Positions 9,156 through 18,061 of a stretch of DNA of 64,000 nucleotides are shown here, in pieces. Position 1 is the stretch's first letter. Each line of letters begins with the position of its first letter. Origin of the DNA: Flavobacteriales bacterium (GTDB lineage Bacteria; Bacteroidota; Bacteroidia; Flavobacteriales_F; PHOS-HE28); NCBI GenBank assembly GCA_020635655.1, contig JACJZI010000007.1, positions 78,323-142,322 of the forward strand. Reading direction: 5' to 3'. A program made the position numbers and the translations under genes. Under the pieces are notes generated by a model that saw nothing but the letters and a program-made list of their open reading frames with translations, was not told where the DNA came from and did not search any database.

Positions 9156-9968
9156 TCAGCCGGTGAACTTGGCCATGACCTCCGGCGTGACCCCGGTGGT
9201 ACTGAAACCTCCATCGTGATAGAGGTTCTGCATGGTCACGTACCGGGTCAGATCGCTGAACAGGGCAATGCAATATCGGGCACAGTCGACGGCCGGCGCA
9301 TTGCCCAGCGGGCTCATGGCCTCGGCGAACCCGAAGAACCCATCGAAACCCTTGATGCCACTGCCGGCCGTGGTGATGGTCGGGCTCTGGCTCACGGTAT
9401 TCACGCGCACGCGCCTCTCCCTTCCCAAACGATATCCCCAACTGCGGGTGATGCTCTCCAAAAGAGCCTTCGCATCGGCCATGTCGCCATAATCCGGAAA
9501 GACCCTTTGCGCCGCGATATAGGTCAGTGCCAAGATGGACCCGCCCTCAGCGAGCGCGTCGCTCCGCCTGGCGGCCTGAAGCATGCGATGAAGGCTCATC
9601 GCGCTCACGTCCAGCGTCTGTTTGTACCAGTCGTAGTTGAGGTCGTCGTAGGGTCGTCCCTTGCGCACATTGGGGCTCATGCCGATGCTGTGCAGGATGA
9701 AATCGATCCTGCCACCGAGCTTCTCCTGTGCCAGGGCAAAGAGCGCGTCCAGGTCGGTGTCATTGGTGGCATCTGCGGGAACGACCTCTGCCCCTGTGGC
9801 GTCCGCCAGTTTCTTGATCTCACCCATCCGCATGGCTACCGGGGCGTTGGTGAGCACGAACGCAGCCCCTTCCGCATGGGCCTCTTCGGCCACCTTCCAG
9901 GCAATGCTCTGGTCGTTCAATGCACCGGTGATGATGCCGCGCTTGCCTTTCAGCAGTTCATGGGCCAT
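9156..9968 (-). CDS. fabI: enoyl-[acyl-carrier-protein] reductase (NADH) FabI
   Basis: 270-aa ORF with N-terminus LLKGKRGIITGALNDQSIAWKVAE. Short-chain dehydrogenase fold, with typical FabI length and sequence. Confidence 0.92.
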   Translation of the reverse strand: MAHELLKGKRGIITGALNDQSIAWKVAEEAHAEGAAFVLTNAPVAMRMGEIKKLADATGAEVVPADATNDTDLDALFALAQEKLGGRIDFILHSIGMSPNVRKGRPYDDLNYDWYKQTLDVSAMSLHRMLQAARRSDALAEGGSILALTYIAAQRVFPDYGDMADAKALLESITRSWGYRLGRERRVRVNTVSQSPTITTAGSGIKGFDGFFGFAEAMSPLGNAPAVDCARYCIALFSDLTRYVTMQNLYHDGGFSTTGVTPEVMAKFTG

Positions 9969-10042
9969 GGTGTTCAGGGATCAGGTGGTTCGCTCCGGCC
10001 CGAAGATAGAAGGCACCGGGGCACCGGGCCAATGGGCAGTGC

Positions 10043-11695
10043 TCAGCGCGACCTCAGCAGTTCGCGCGCGTTCGCCAGTGCCGCCTTGCTGGTCCGCTTT
10101 CCGCTCAGCATCTGGGCAAGGGCCAGCACACGCGATTCCCGATCGAGCCTTTCGACGCGGGTGCGCGTGCCGTTCGCCGGATCGTCCTTCGTCACCAAAA
10201 GGTGGTCATCGGCCTTGCTGGCGATCTGGGGCAGATGGGTGATGGCGATCACCTGCCGTGCCTGTGCCATGCGGGACATCCTGTCCCCCACCCGATCCGC
10301 CACCTCCCCACTGACACCGGTGTCGATCTCGTCGAAGATCACCGTGGGCAATTGTCTGCTGTCAGCGGCGAGGTCGATCAGCGCGAGCATCACCCGACCG
10401 AGTTCGCCACCGGACGCCACCCGGTCCAGGGGGGCAGGTGGTCGGTCGGCATCCGCGCTGAATTCGGCCCGCACACGGTCCATGCCGGTCGGTCCGGGTC
10501 CAATGCGCTCCTGGATGCACCGGAACAAGGCCCCGGGCATGCCGAGATCGTGCAGTGCCTCCTCCACGTTCGCGGAGAATCCACGAAGCATGGCCTTTCG
10601 GGCGGCGGATAGCGCTGTTGCGGAGCGGAGCATGGTCTCGTGGGCCTGCGCTTCCTGCACACGCAGTGTGGCGGTCCGGTCGGCCAGGATGCCGATCCCC
10701 TGGATCTGCTCCCGCGATCGATCCCGCAACGCGATCAATGCATCCGTGCCATCCACGTGGTGTTTCTGCTCCAGACGCAACAACAGGTCCAGCCGCCCGC
10801 GAAGATGTGTCGCGCGCTTTGGATCGATCTCGGTCGTTCCTGCGATCTGCGCGGCTTCGGCGGCCAGGTCCTTCAACTCGATGCGGACGCTGTCCAGTCG
10901 CTCGGCCAGGGCCATCACCTCCGGAATGCTGCGTGCGTAACGGTCCAGGAGCTGCCTGGAACGGAACAGGATCGCCATGACCCCTTCCTCCCGGTTCACA
11001 CTTTCATCCAGGAACTGCAGCGCTTCCAACACTTCGCTGGCATGCTCGGCCCGCGCCAGGTCCGCCTCGACCTGCGTTCGTTCCCCCGGCTTCAGACCGG
11101 CCGCGTCCAGCTCGTCCAGTTGGAATTGAAGGAAGTCGCGCTCGGACAACTGGCGTCGTTCGATCTCCTCCATGCGGATGCGTTCGTCGTGCATTTCCTT
11201 CCAGGCCGCGAATAGCCCGGCGTGCGTGGTCACCCGGTCCTGGGTACCGGCCACGTGGTCCAGCAGTCCGAGCAGAAAGGCCGGATCGTTCAGGAGCAGG
11301 GTATGGTGCTGGCTGTGGATGTGGACCAAGGCCGCGGCCAATGCACGCAACTGCTCCAGCCGCACGGGTGTATCATTGATGAAGGCCCGCGACCGGCCGC
11401 CGGGATCGTATTGGCGGCGGAGGATCGTGCGTACCTCGAAGGGCAGTTCCGCCCGGTCGAACCAGCCGCGGAGATGATCGAGCCGACCCAGATCGCATTC
11501 CAGTTCGATCACGCATCGCTTTGCAGGATCGAGCGCCACCTGCCCACCGCGATCGCCCATCGCCAGGCCCAGTGCCCCGATCAGGATGCTCTTGCCACTA
11601 CCCGTTGCACCCGTGATGATGCTCAGCCCGGGCCGCAGATCGAGCTCCAGGGAATCGATCAGGAGATAGTTGGTGATCGAGAGGTGAACGAGCAT
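10043..11695 (-). CDS. recN: DNA repair protein RecN
   Basis: 550-aa ORF. N-terminus LSITNYLLIDSLELDLRPGLSIITGATGSGKSILIGAL carries a Walker A motif. Has a long coiled-coil middle and an SMC-type C-terminal signature region (GGELGRVMLAL). Confidence 0.95.
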   Translation of the reverse strand: MLVHLSITNYLLIDSLELDLRPGLSIITGATGSGKSILIGALGLAMGDRGGQVALDPAKRCVIELECDLGRLDHLRGWFDRAELPFEVRTILRRQYDPGGRSRAFINDTPVRLEQLRALAAALVHIHSQHHTLLLNDPAFLLGLLDHVAGTQDRVTTHAGLFAAWKEMHDERIRMEEIERRQLSERDFLQFQLDELDAAGLKPGERTQVEADLARAEHASEVLEALQFLDESVNREEGVMAILFRSRQLLDRYARSIPEVMALAERLDSVRIELKDLAAEAAQIAGTTEIDPKRATHLRGRLDLLLRLEQKHHVDGTDALIALRDRSREQIQGIGILADRTATLRVQEAQAHETMLRSATALSAARKAMLRGFSANVEEALHDLGMPGALFRCIQERIGPGPTGMDRVRAEFSADADRPPAPLDRVASGGELGRVMLALIDLAADSRQLPTVIFDEIDTGVSGEVADRVGDRMSRMAQARQVIAITHLPQIASKADDHLLVTKDDPANGTRTRVERLDRESRVLALAQMLSGKRTSKAALANARELLRSR

Positions 11696-11757
11696 GATGG
11701 AAGCGTTCGCGGATGGTCACCACCGGGTCGGCGATCCACACCGATGCATGCCGCCCC

Positions 11758-12657
11758 TCAGGAGCCGCGCATCATGTTCTGGTACTTGCTGATGTTGCCG
11801 GGGTCGATGATCTGCAGCGTGGTGAACAGTCGGGACTTCTCCTGGGCCGGCACGGGCTTGAAGAGGTCCACGAGCTCATCCGCCTTGGCATTGAAGAAGA
11901 CCTGCAGGTTATAGGAAGAAGGCTTGGCCTGGTGCACCGTGCGAAGCTTGTCGATCGCATCACCGATCTCCGTGCGTCCATCTGCCAGCTTGGTGCTCAT
12001 GATGTCAAGCCCGAGCCGATGGTATTTGTAGAGACATTCCCGAAAGGGGCGGAAAACGGCCTGCAGCTGGTTGTCGATGAGCCAGTACCGGTTCTTCGTG
12101 CCCTCGAAGGCCTTCCACCCCTTCTCACTGGCGTTCTGTGCGTTGGCCACGACCTGCTGTGCGACGTTGTAGAAGTCGGTGCCACCCAGTTCGGAGAACG
12201 TATCACCGTCGACACCAAGGATGAAATAGGCATAGAACCCGAGGATGCTGGACAGGTTGCTCTGGAACCGTTCCGGGGTGAACTCGATCTGGGTGTTCTC
12301 CAGGAAGGTGAACTCCACATCGTTGTCCACCAGATCGATCACCGGGCTCATGTAGTCCGTACCGAACACGGGGCGGCTGTAAGTGACCTGCAAAGTGCCC
12401 TTGAACCGATCGGCGGAGCTCTGCTCAGTGATGGTGAGCAGCATGTTGCATTCGATGCGTTCCTGCACGGTGTAGTTCAGGTCGGTCCAGCGTCGCGCGT
12501 TCATCAATTCGCGGATCGCCGTCTCCATGCTTGTCCAGATGCGTTGCGGCGTGCTCTGGATCTGCGGCGCGATCACGCTCACCGAACAATTGAATTCCTG
12601 TGCCTGTGCGGTCCAGGAAGCGACCAGCAGGATCGCGACCAATGTCCTCCTAAGCAT
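11758..12657 (-). CDS. DUF4835 family protein
   Basis: ORF 11758-12702. Start placed at ATG 12657 (MLRRTLVAILLVASWTAQAQ signal peptide). Sequence and position between coaBC and recN match the DUF4835 family conserved in Bacteroidota. Confidence 0.8.
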   Translation of the reverse strand: MLRRTLVAILLVASWTAQAQEFNCSVSVIAPQIQSTPQRIWTSMETAIRELMNARRWTDLNYTVQERIECNMLLTITEQSSADRFKGTLQVTYSRPVFGTDYMSPVIDLVDNDVEFTFLENTQIEFTPERFQSNLSSILGFYAYFILGVDGDTFSELGGTDFYNVAQQVVANAQNASEKGWKAFEGTKNRYWLIDNQLQAVFRPFRECLYKYHRLGLDIMSTKLADGRTEIGDAIDKLRTVHQAKPSSYNLQVFFNAKADELVDLFKPVPAQEKSRLFTTLQIIDPGNISKYQNMMRGS

Positions 12658-13864
12658 GTACGATGCGTTCTTCGATACGGTCCAATAACCGACGGGCCAC
12701 ATCCTGTTTGCTCATCAACGGCAGCTCCTCCTCGGTGTTGTCCGGAAAGAGGAAGGTGACCTTGTTGGTGTCGTGACCAAAGCCCGCACCAGCATCGGCC
12801 AGGGAGTTGAACACGAGCAGATCGAGCTGTTTCCGGCGCATCTTCTCGCGACCAAGTTCCTTGTCCGCGGCCGTCTCCAGCGCGAATCCCACGAGCAGTT
12901 CGTTCTTTCGCTTGTGCGCACCCATCCAGGCGAGGATATCCTCTGTGGGTTCCAAGGTAAGGACCTCCTTCGCCTCGGACTTCTTGATCTTCCTGTCCGC
13001 GGGATCGGTCGGTCTTAGATCGGCCACGGCCGCGGCCATGATCACCACATCGGCGGCATCGTGCTGCTGTTTACATGCTTCGGCCATCTCGGCCGCGCTC
13101 TCCACATCGATCCGTTCCTCGATGGGCATGTCCAACTCCACCAGCAACGGGCCCGCGATCAGAGTAACACGGGCACCGCGGCGAGCAGCCTCCCGGGCGA
13201 TCGCGATCCCCATTTTCCCACTCGAACGATTGCCGATATAACGGACCGGGTCGATCGCCTCCTGGGTGGGACCAGCGGTCACGAGCAGGCGTTTCCCGGA
13301 CAGGGCCGAATTTCCGACAAGCACCTCACGCACCGCGGCCACGATCGCGGCCGGCTCGCTCATGCGCCCTTCACCCTTGAGCCCACTGGCGAGTTCACCG
13401 CTTTCAGGGCCGATGGCCCGGACACCACGCTCCTTCAGGATGTCAAGGTTGCGTTTCGTCGCCGGGTCCCGGTACATCTCCAGGTCCATTGCAGGGGCGA
13501 CGAACACGGGACAGGCGGCGCTGAGGAAACAGGCAAGCAGGAGATCGTCGCACAGGCCTTGGGCCATTTTCGCCAGTGTATTGGCGGTGGCCGGAGCGAT
13601 CAGCAGGGCATCCGCCCAGCGGGCAAGGGCCACATGGTCGTTCCAGATCCCTGCTCCGGAACGGTCCACCAGGTCCGTAAGCACTTCGTTCCGGCTCAGG
13701 GTCGCCAGGGTCAATGGCGTGATGAAATCATGGGCGGAAGGCGTCATGACCACGCGCACCTCCGCGCCTGCCTTGACAAGCGCACGCACCAATTCGGCGG
13801 ACTTGTAAGCGGCAATGCCACCGGTCACTCCAAGAAGGACCCTCCGCGGCAGGCTTATGGACAT
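12650..13864 (-). CDS. coaBC: bifunctional phosphopantothenoylcysteine decarboxylase / phosphopantothenate-cysteine ligase
   Basis: 404-aa ORF. The flavoprotein N-terminus reads RVLLGVTGGIAAYKSAELVRAL. The CoaB half is present, with the characteristic length. Confidence 0.95.
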   Translation of the reverse strand: MSISLPRRVLLGVTGGIAAYKSAELVRALVKAGAEVRVVMTPSAHDFITPLTLATLSRNEVLTDLVDRSGAGIWNDHVALARWADALLIAPATANTLAKMAQGLCDDLLLACFLSAACPVFVAPAMDLEMYRDPATKRNLDILKERGVRAIGPESGELASGLKGEGRMSEPAAIVAAVREVLVGNSALSGKRLLVTAGPTQEAIDPVRYIGNRSSGKMGIAIAREAARRGARVTLIAGPLLVELDMPIEERIDVESAAEMAEACKQQHDAADVVIMAAAVADLRPTDPADRKIKKSEAKEVLTLEPTEDILAWMGAHKRKNELLVGFALETAADKELGREKMRRKQLDLLVFNSLADAGAGFGHDTNKVTFLFPDNTEEELPLMSKQDVARRLLDRIEERIVHA

Positions 13865-13894
13865 GCCAGGAAGACCAGGCAGGACCTGGTCGGA

Positions 13895-14248
13895 TCAGTT
13901 GTCGGTCGCCTGCGGCACCGTTGCTTCTGCCTCATCATCCGGATGGCGGACGATCAACTTGCCCTCCATCAATTCCTGGATGGCCACCGCCCCCGGCTTG
14001 GGCATGCGTTCGTAGTGCTTGCTGATCTCGATCTGCTCCCGGTTCTCGTACACCTCCTCAAGGTTCTCGCCGGTACTGGCGAACTCCTCCAACTTGGACG
14101 TGAGTTCCTCCTTCGTCGCCAAGGCGATCTGGTTGGCCCGCTTTCCCAGCACCACGACGGCCTCATAGATGTTGCCGGTCTCCTGGTCCAGATCGGACAG
14201 ATCGCGCGTGATCGTGGTCTTTGCGGGATGCATCGGCTTGGTGTTCAT
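13895..14248 (-). CDS. rpoZ: DNA-directed RNA polymerase subunit omega (Bacteroidota type)
   Basis: 117-aa ORF. The segment ETGNIYEAVVVLGKRANQI...EEVYENREQIEISKHYERMPKPGAVAIQELMEGKL matches the long omega subunit of Flavobacteria-like organisms. Its start overlaps the bamD stop (ATGA). Confidence 0.8.
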   Translation of the reverse strand: MNTKPMHPAKTTITRDLSDLDQETGNIYEAVVVLGKRANQIALATKEELTSKLEEFASTGENLEEVYENREQIEISKHYERMPKPGAVAIQELMEGKLIVRHPDDEAEATVPQATDN

Positions 14249-15069
14249 GGTATCGTTCCTTTCGTGATCTGGTCAAGCTGGGCTTCCAGCGAGGCTTCCA
14301 TGCGTTTCGCCTCGGCCAGGTAGCGGCTTTCGGAAAAAGCGTCCGCAAAGTTATGATAAGTCCGGATGGCTTCGCGCAGGCGTTGTTCCTTCTTCGCCGG
14401 CACACTGCCTGCCGCCAGCTTCTGGGCGCTGGTCAGCATCAGGAACATCGCCTCCTCCCTGAAACGGGAGTTGGGCCATCGCTTGAGGAACTCGTCGAGC
14501 GCCAATCCCGCCGCCTGGTAGTTCCGTAGCTGCACGTATTGTTCGGCCCCCGCGTAGTCCTTCCGTTCCAGCTTGTCGCGAAGCACATCGATCAATGCAT
14601 TGCAGGTGTCCTTCCTATCGGATGCCGGGTACCGCACCAGGAACAACTGCAGTGCATCAAGCGCGGCCTGGGTATCTCCCTGGTCCAATTCGTAGTCGGG
14701 AGAGTTCTTGTAGAAGCAATACGCCGCCAGGAAGGCGCACTCCTCGGCGTAGCGGCTCGTCGGAAAGGTCTTTGTGAACGTGGCCAGGTAGAATCCGCCC
14801 AGCGTGTAGTCCTTCATTCCGAAATAGCTCTTGGCCAGATAGTACTGCACCCGTTCGCTGATGCTCGTGCCGCGGGTCAGCGCCGACAGCTCCTCCAACA
14901 GGGGGATCGCCCGCTCGTACTTGCCGGATCTGAAAAGCGTATCCGCTGTGGCGAGCTTCAGATCGAGGTCGTCGCTCTTCATGGCCTTGTAGTAGTCGCT
15001 GCAGCCAGCGAGCAGGGCACCGAACAGGGCAAGGAACAACAGGCTATGGAAGGCGCGGCGGGCGGTCAC
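14245..15069 (-). CDS. bamD: outer membrane protein assembly factor BamD
   Basis: TPR lipoprotein with sequence SDYYKAMKSDDLDLKLATADTLFRSGKYERAIPLLEEL... Start set at GTG 15069, which gives the lipoprotein signal TARRAFHSLLFLALFGALLAGC. A TATCTTTG -7 box at 15089-15096 lies downstream of the alternative ATGs at 15135 and 15354, which argues against those starts. Confidence 0.82.
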   Translation of the reverse strand: MTARRAFHSLLFLALFGALLAGCSDYYKAMKSDDLDLKLATADTLFRSGKYERAIPLLEELSALTRGTSISERVQYYLAKSYFGMKDYTLGGFYLATFTKTFPTSRYAEECAFLAAYCFYKNSPDYELDQGDTQAALDALQLFLVRYPASDRKDTCNALIDVLRDKLERKDYAGAEQYVQLRNYQAAGLALDEFLKRWPNSRFREEAMFLMLTSAQKLAAGSVPAKKEQRLREAIRTYHNFADAFSESRYLAEAKRMEASLEAQLDQITKGTIP

Positions 15070-15088
15070 GGATGCGTTCGGAGGGCGG

Positions 15089-15096
15089 CAAAGATA
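15089..15096 (-). promoter_or_regulatory. Bacteroidota -7 promoter box TAnnTTTG (TATCTTTG) for the bamD operon
   Basis: Exact match to TAnnTTTG on the minus strand, 19 nt upstream of GTG 15069. Confidence 0.5.
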
Positions 15097-15146
15097 GCCG
15101 CCTCGCACGGAGCAACGTGGCAGCCCCTCCTGCATTGTCCCTATGT

Positions 15147-15154
15147 TACTTTTG
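15147..15154 (+). promoter_or_regulatory. Bacteroidota -7 promoter box (TACTTTTG) for the alpha-oxoamine synthase gene
   Basis: Exact TAnnTTTG match in the divergent intergenic region, 42 nt upstream of ATG 15197. Confidence 0.5.
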
Positions 15155-15196
15155 CCGCGTCCTTGACGCATTCGCGGTCGGTGGACGAACATTCCC

Positions 15197-16441
15197 ATGA
15201 ACGACATCTTCGACAAGATCCGCAAGGACCTCGGCCCGATCGGGCGCCACGCGCGGGACAACCACGGGTACTTCAGCTTCCCGAAGCTCGAGGGCGAGCT
15301 TGGCGCGCACATGACCTTCCGTGGCAAGCCCGTGCTCGTATGGAGCCTGAACAACTACCTGGGCCTGGCGAACCATCCCGAAGTGCGCAAGGTCGATGCC
15401 GAGGCCGCCGCGCAATGGGGAATGGCCTATCCCATGGGCGCCCGCATGATGAGCGGACAGACCGTGCATCATGAACAATTGGAGAACGAGCTCAGTGCCT
15501 TCATGGGCAAGGAGGATACGTTCCTCCTGAACTATGGCTACCAAGGCTGCATGAGCGCCATCGAGGCCCTGCTCTCCAGACAGGACGTCCTGGTGTACGA
15601 CAGCGAATGCCATGCATGCATGATCGATGGCGCCCGACTGCATATGGGGAAACGGTTCGTTTTCCAGCACAACGATCTGGAGAGCCTGGACAAACAGCTT
15701 GAGAATGCCCGCAGAGTGACGGAACAGACCGGAGGGGGGATCATGGTGATGACCGAAGGCGTCTTCGGCATGGCGGGGGACCAGGGCAAACTGAAGGAGA
15801 TCGTCGCCCGCAAGAAGAAGTACAATTTCCGTCTTTTCGTCGACGACGCGCACGGCTTCGGCCAGATGGGGCGTGATGGCCGCGGCACCGGCGATCATCA
15901 GGGTGTTCAGGACGGCATCGACGTGTATTTCGGCACGTTCGCGAAGGCCATGGCCACCATCGGCGCATTCGTCAGCGGTGAGGCCGATGTGATCATGTAC
16001 CTGCGCTACAACATGCGGAGCCAGACCTTCGCCAAGAGCCTACCCCTGCCGATCGTGATCGGGGCCCTGAAGCGCCTGGACATGCTCCGTTCGATGCCCG
16101 AGCTGAACAAAAAGCTTTGGGACATCACCCGCGCGCTCCAGAACGGTCTGAAGGAGGCCGGCCTCGACATCGGCAGTACGAACAGCTGTGTCACGCCCGT
16201 ATACATGAAGGGCAACATCCCGGAGGCCACCAACGTGATCGTGGACCTGCGGGAGAGCCACGGGATCTTCAGCAGCATCGTGGTCTACCCGGTGGTACCC
16301 AAGGATGTGATCCTCCTTCGGCTCATTCCCACCGCCGTCCACTCGCTCGCTGACGTGGATAGGACCATCAAGGCCTTCAAGGAGGTGAAGCAACGCCTGG
16401 AGGCCGGGGAGTACAAGGCGGAACGGATCAAGGCCATCTGA
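15197..16441 (+). CDS. PLP-dependent alpha-oxoamine synthase family enzyme (KBL / AONS / serine palmitoyltransferase-like)
   Basis: 414-aa ORF. NNYLGLANHPEV is a class II aminotransferase motif, and the PLP-lysine context reads FGTFAKAMATIG. Specific substrate not determinable from sequence. Confidence 0.88.
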   Translation: MNDIFDKIRKDLGPIGRHARDNHGYFSFPKLEGELGAHMTFRGKPVLVWSLNNYLGLANHPEVRKVDAEAAAQWGMAYPMGARMMSGQTVHHEQLENELSAFMGKEDTFLLNYGYQGCMSAIEALLSRQDVLVYDSECHACMIDGARLHMGKRFVFQHNDLESLDKQLENARRVTEQTGGGIMVMTEGVFGMAGDQGKLKEIVARKKKYNFRLFVDDAHGFGQMGRDGRGTGDHQGVQDGIDVYFGTFAKAMATIGAFVSGEADVIMYLRYNMRSQTFAKSLPLPIVIGALKRLDMLRSMPELNKKLWDITRALQNGLKEAGLDIGSTNSCVTPVYMKGNIPEATNVIVDLRESHGIFSSIVVYPVVPKDVILLRLIPTAVHSLADVDRTIKAFKEVKQRLEAGEYKAERIKAI

Positions 16442-16534
16442 GGCTCGGTGCTGGATAGGAGCTGTTCCACCTTGCGGCCCGCACCGCATGCACAGGCCGG
16501 GACGCTCCGGCCCCGGCCCGCACATCGTTCGTCA

Positions 16535-17050
16535 TCACTTCGCGCTGTACGCGCGCAACATCCATAGGTCCTTCTCCATCACGGTGATGTTGTCACCGAT
16601 CAAGGTCGCGGTGGCCTCATCCCCGGCCTCGTCCGCCAAGGAGAGCACACCACGCTGAAGCGCGATGAGCTTGGTCATTCCGTTCATCACGCTGCGCACG
16701 GTCTCCCCAGCTCCGGTCAGGTCCTGCTGCTCGTCGATGGTGCTCGTCCGGAGATAGGCGGTGAAGGTGTGCAGTGGGCGGCCCTCGAGGGTCAGGATCC
16801 TTTCCGCCAGCTCATCGATCACGTTCTGGGCCTTGGTGTAAAGTTCCTCGAACTTCACATGCAGCTCGAAGAACGCAGGGCCCGTGATGTTCCAATGGCA
16901 CCCACGTAGGTTCTGGTAATGCACCTGATAGGAGGCCAGCAGTCCGTTCAGGCTTTGCACCAACGCCTTGCACTTCCGTGCATCCAGGCCGAGACTGTTG
17001 CGTCCGGCGGGACCACGCACGGCCTTCTTGCTTGCTGTTCGCTTGCTCAC
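16535..17050 (-). CDS. dps: DNA starvation/stationary phase protection protein Dps
   Basis: Ferritin-like core reads YQVHYQNLRGCHWNITGPAFFELHVKFEELY, with a Lys-rich N-tail. Start set at GTG 17050 because a TATATTTG -7 box (17055-17062) lies inside the ATG-17074 version of the ORF. Confidence 0.85.
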   Translation of the reverse strand: MSKRTASKKAVRGPAGRNSLGLDARKCKALVQSLNGLLASYQVHYQNLRGCHWNITGPAFFELHVKFEELYTKAQNVIDELAERILTLEGRPLHTFTAYLRTSTIDEQQDLTGAGETVRSVMNGMTKLIALQRGVLSLADEAGDEATATLIGDNITVMEKDLWMLRAYSAK

Positions 17051-17054
17051 GATC

Positions 17055-17062
17055 CAAATATA
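17055..17062 (-). promoter_or_regulatory. Bacteroidota -7 promoter box (TATATTTG) for dps
   Basis: Exact TAnnTTTG match on the minus strand, 4 nt upstream of GTG 17050. This implies a leaderless or near-leaderless dps mRNA. Confidence 0.5.
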
Positions 17063-17090
17063 CCCCGGACACACCCATAAATGTGATCGA

Positions 17091-17098
17091 TACTTTTG
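17091..17098 (+). promoter_or_regulatory. Bacteroidota -7 promoter box (TACTTTTG) for oxyR
   Basis: Exact TAnnTTTG match, 24 nt upstream of ATG 17123. Confidence 0.5.
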
Positions 17099-17106
17099 AT
17101 GTTGAC

Positions 17107-17121
17107 ATAGACCTCATCTAT
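17107..17121. promoter_or_regulatory. putative OxyR half-operator ATAG-N7-CTAT
   Basis: ATAGacctcatCTAT sits between the oxyR -7 box and its ATG. It matches one half of the OxyR motif ATAG-N7-CTAT-N7-ATAG-N7-CTAT. The second half is not convincing. Confidence 0.35.
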
Positions 17122-17122
17122 C

Positions 17123-18058
17123 ATGACATTGCAGCAATTGGAATACGTGGTCGCACTGGACATGCATCGTCATTTCGGGCGTGCGGCGCAGGCCTGCCAT
17201 GTCACGCAGCCCACGCTGACCATGCAGCTGCGCAAATTGGAAGCGGAGTTGGACGTGGTGTTGTTCGACCGGCAGGGCCATCCGGTCCGGCCGACGGCCG
17301 ATGGGGCCCGGTTGATCGAGCAGGCCAAGGTGGTGGTGCACAGTGCGGAGACCCTGCATGCCCTGGCGCTCGAGGTGCATGGGGGGATCGCGGGTCGCTA
17401 CCATGTGGGGATCATCCCCACCCTGGCCCCATACCTGCTTCCCCTGATGCTACCGCGCTTCGCATCGGACCATCCCGACGTGAACCTGGTGCTCGACGAG
17501 CGGAAGACCGGTCGGATCGTGGAAGGGCTCCGGAGCGGTGAATTGGACCTGGGGATCCTTGCCACGCCGCTCCATGCGCCGGACCTGGAGGATGTCCCCC
17601 TCTTTCAGGAGCCGTTCCTCGCCTATCTGCCCAAGGGACATCCCCTCCGCCGTCGTGCCCGACTGCATCGCGAGGACCTCCAGAACGAACCGATCTGGGT
17701 GCTTGGTGAAGGGCACTGCCTGCGTGAGCAGGCATTGAACCTATGCGATGGGCCACGCGCAGCGGGCCACGAGAACGTGACCTACGAGAGCGGGAGCATC
17801 GAGACACTGAAGCATTTCGTCCAGCGGGGGAGCGGCATGACGCTCGTTCCCGAGCTCAGTGTCCCTGCTGGTGACCCACACGTTCGGCGCTTCATCCCAC
17901 CCGAACCCGTGCGTCAGATCAGCCTGGTCGTCCATCGGCCGTTCGCGCGCCGAAAGCTACTGGATGCACTGGCCGCCGCCGTGCGGGCCTCGGTCCCGGC
18001 CGGCATGTGCGCAGGTCGAAAGTACGATACGGTCCCACCGTTGCGGGCGGAGAAATGA
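17123..18058 (+). CDS. oxyR: LysR-family peroxide-sensing regulator OxyR
   Basis: 311-aa ORF with the HTH segment MTLQQLEYVVALDMHRHFGRAAQACHVTQPTLTMQLRKLE. The redox cysteine pair is in the canonical context GEGHCLREQALNLC. Divergent from dps. Confidence 0.9.
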   Translation: MTLQQLEYVVALDMHRHFGRAAQACHVTQPTLTMQLRKLEAELDVVLFDRQGHPVRPTADGARLIEQAKVVVHSAETLHALALEVHGGIAGRYHVGIIPTLAPYLLPLMLPRFASDHPDVNLVLDERKTGRIVEGLRSGELDLGILATPLHAPDLEDVPLFQEPFLAYLPKGHPLRRRARLHREDLQNEPIWVLGEGHCLREQALNLCDGPRAAGHENVTYESGSIETLKHFVQRGSGMTLVPELSVPAGDPHVRRFIPPEPVRQISLVVHRPFARRKLLDALAAAVRASVPAGMCAGRKYDTVPPLRAEK

Positions 18059-18061
18059 CCC

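Noticed and set aside
15070-15354. Long in-frame N-terminal extensions offered by the ORF track for several genes. These are bamD to 15354, the M16 peptidase to 21627, FKBP to 24040, PhoH to 29318, prfC from 38136, the beta-propeller to 48624, alkB from 21485 and lepB from 39.
   Set aside because: The extensions are Arg/Pro-rich and precede obvious signal peptides or conserved N-termini. Several run across -7 promoter boxes or into neighbouring divergent genes. The internal ATG/GTG starts give canonical N-termini.
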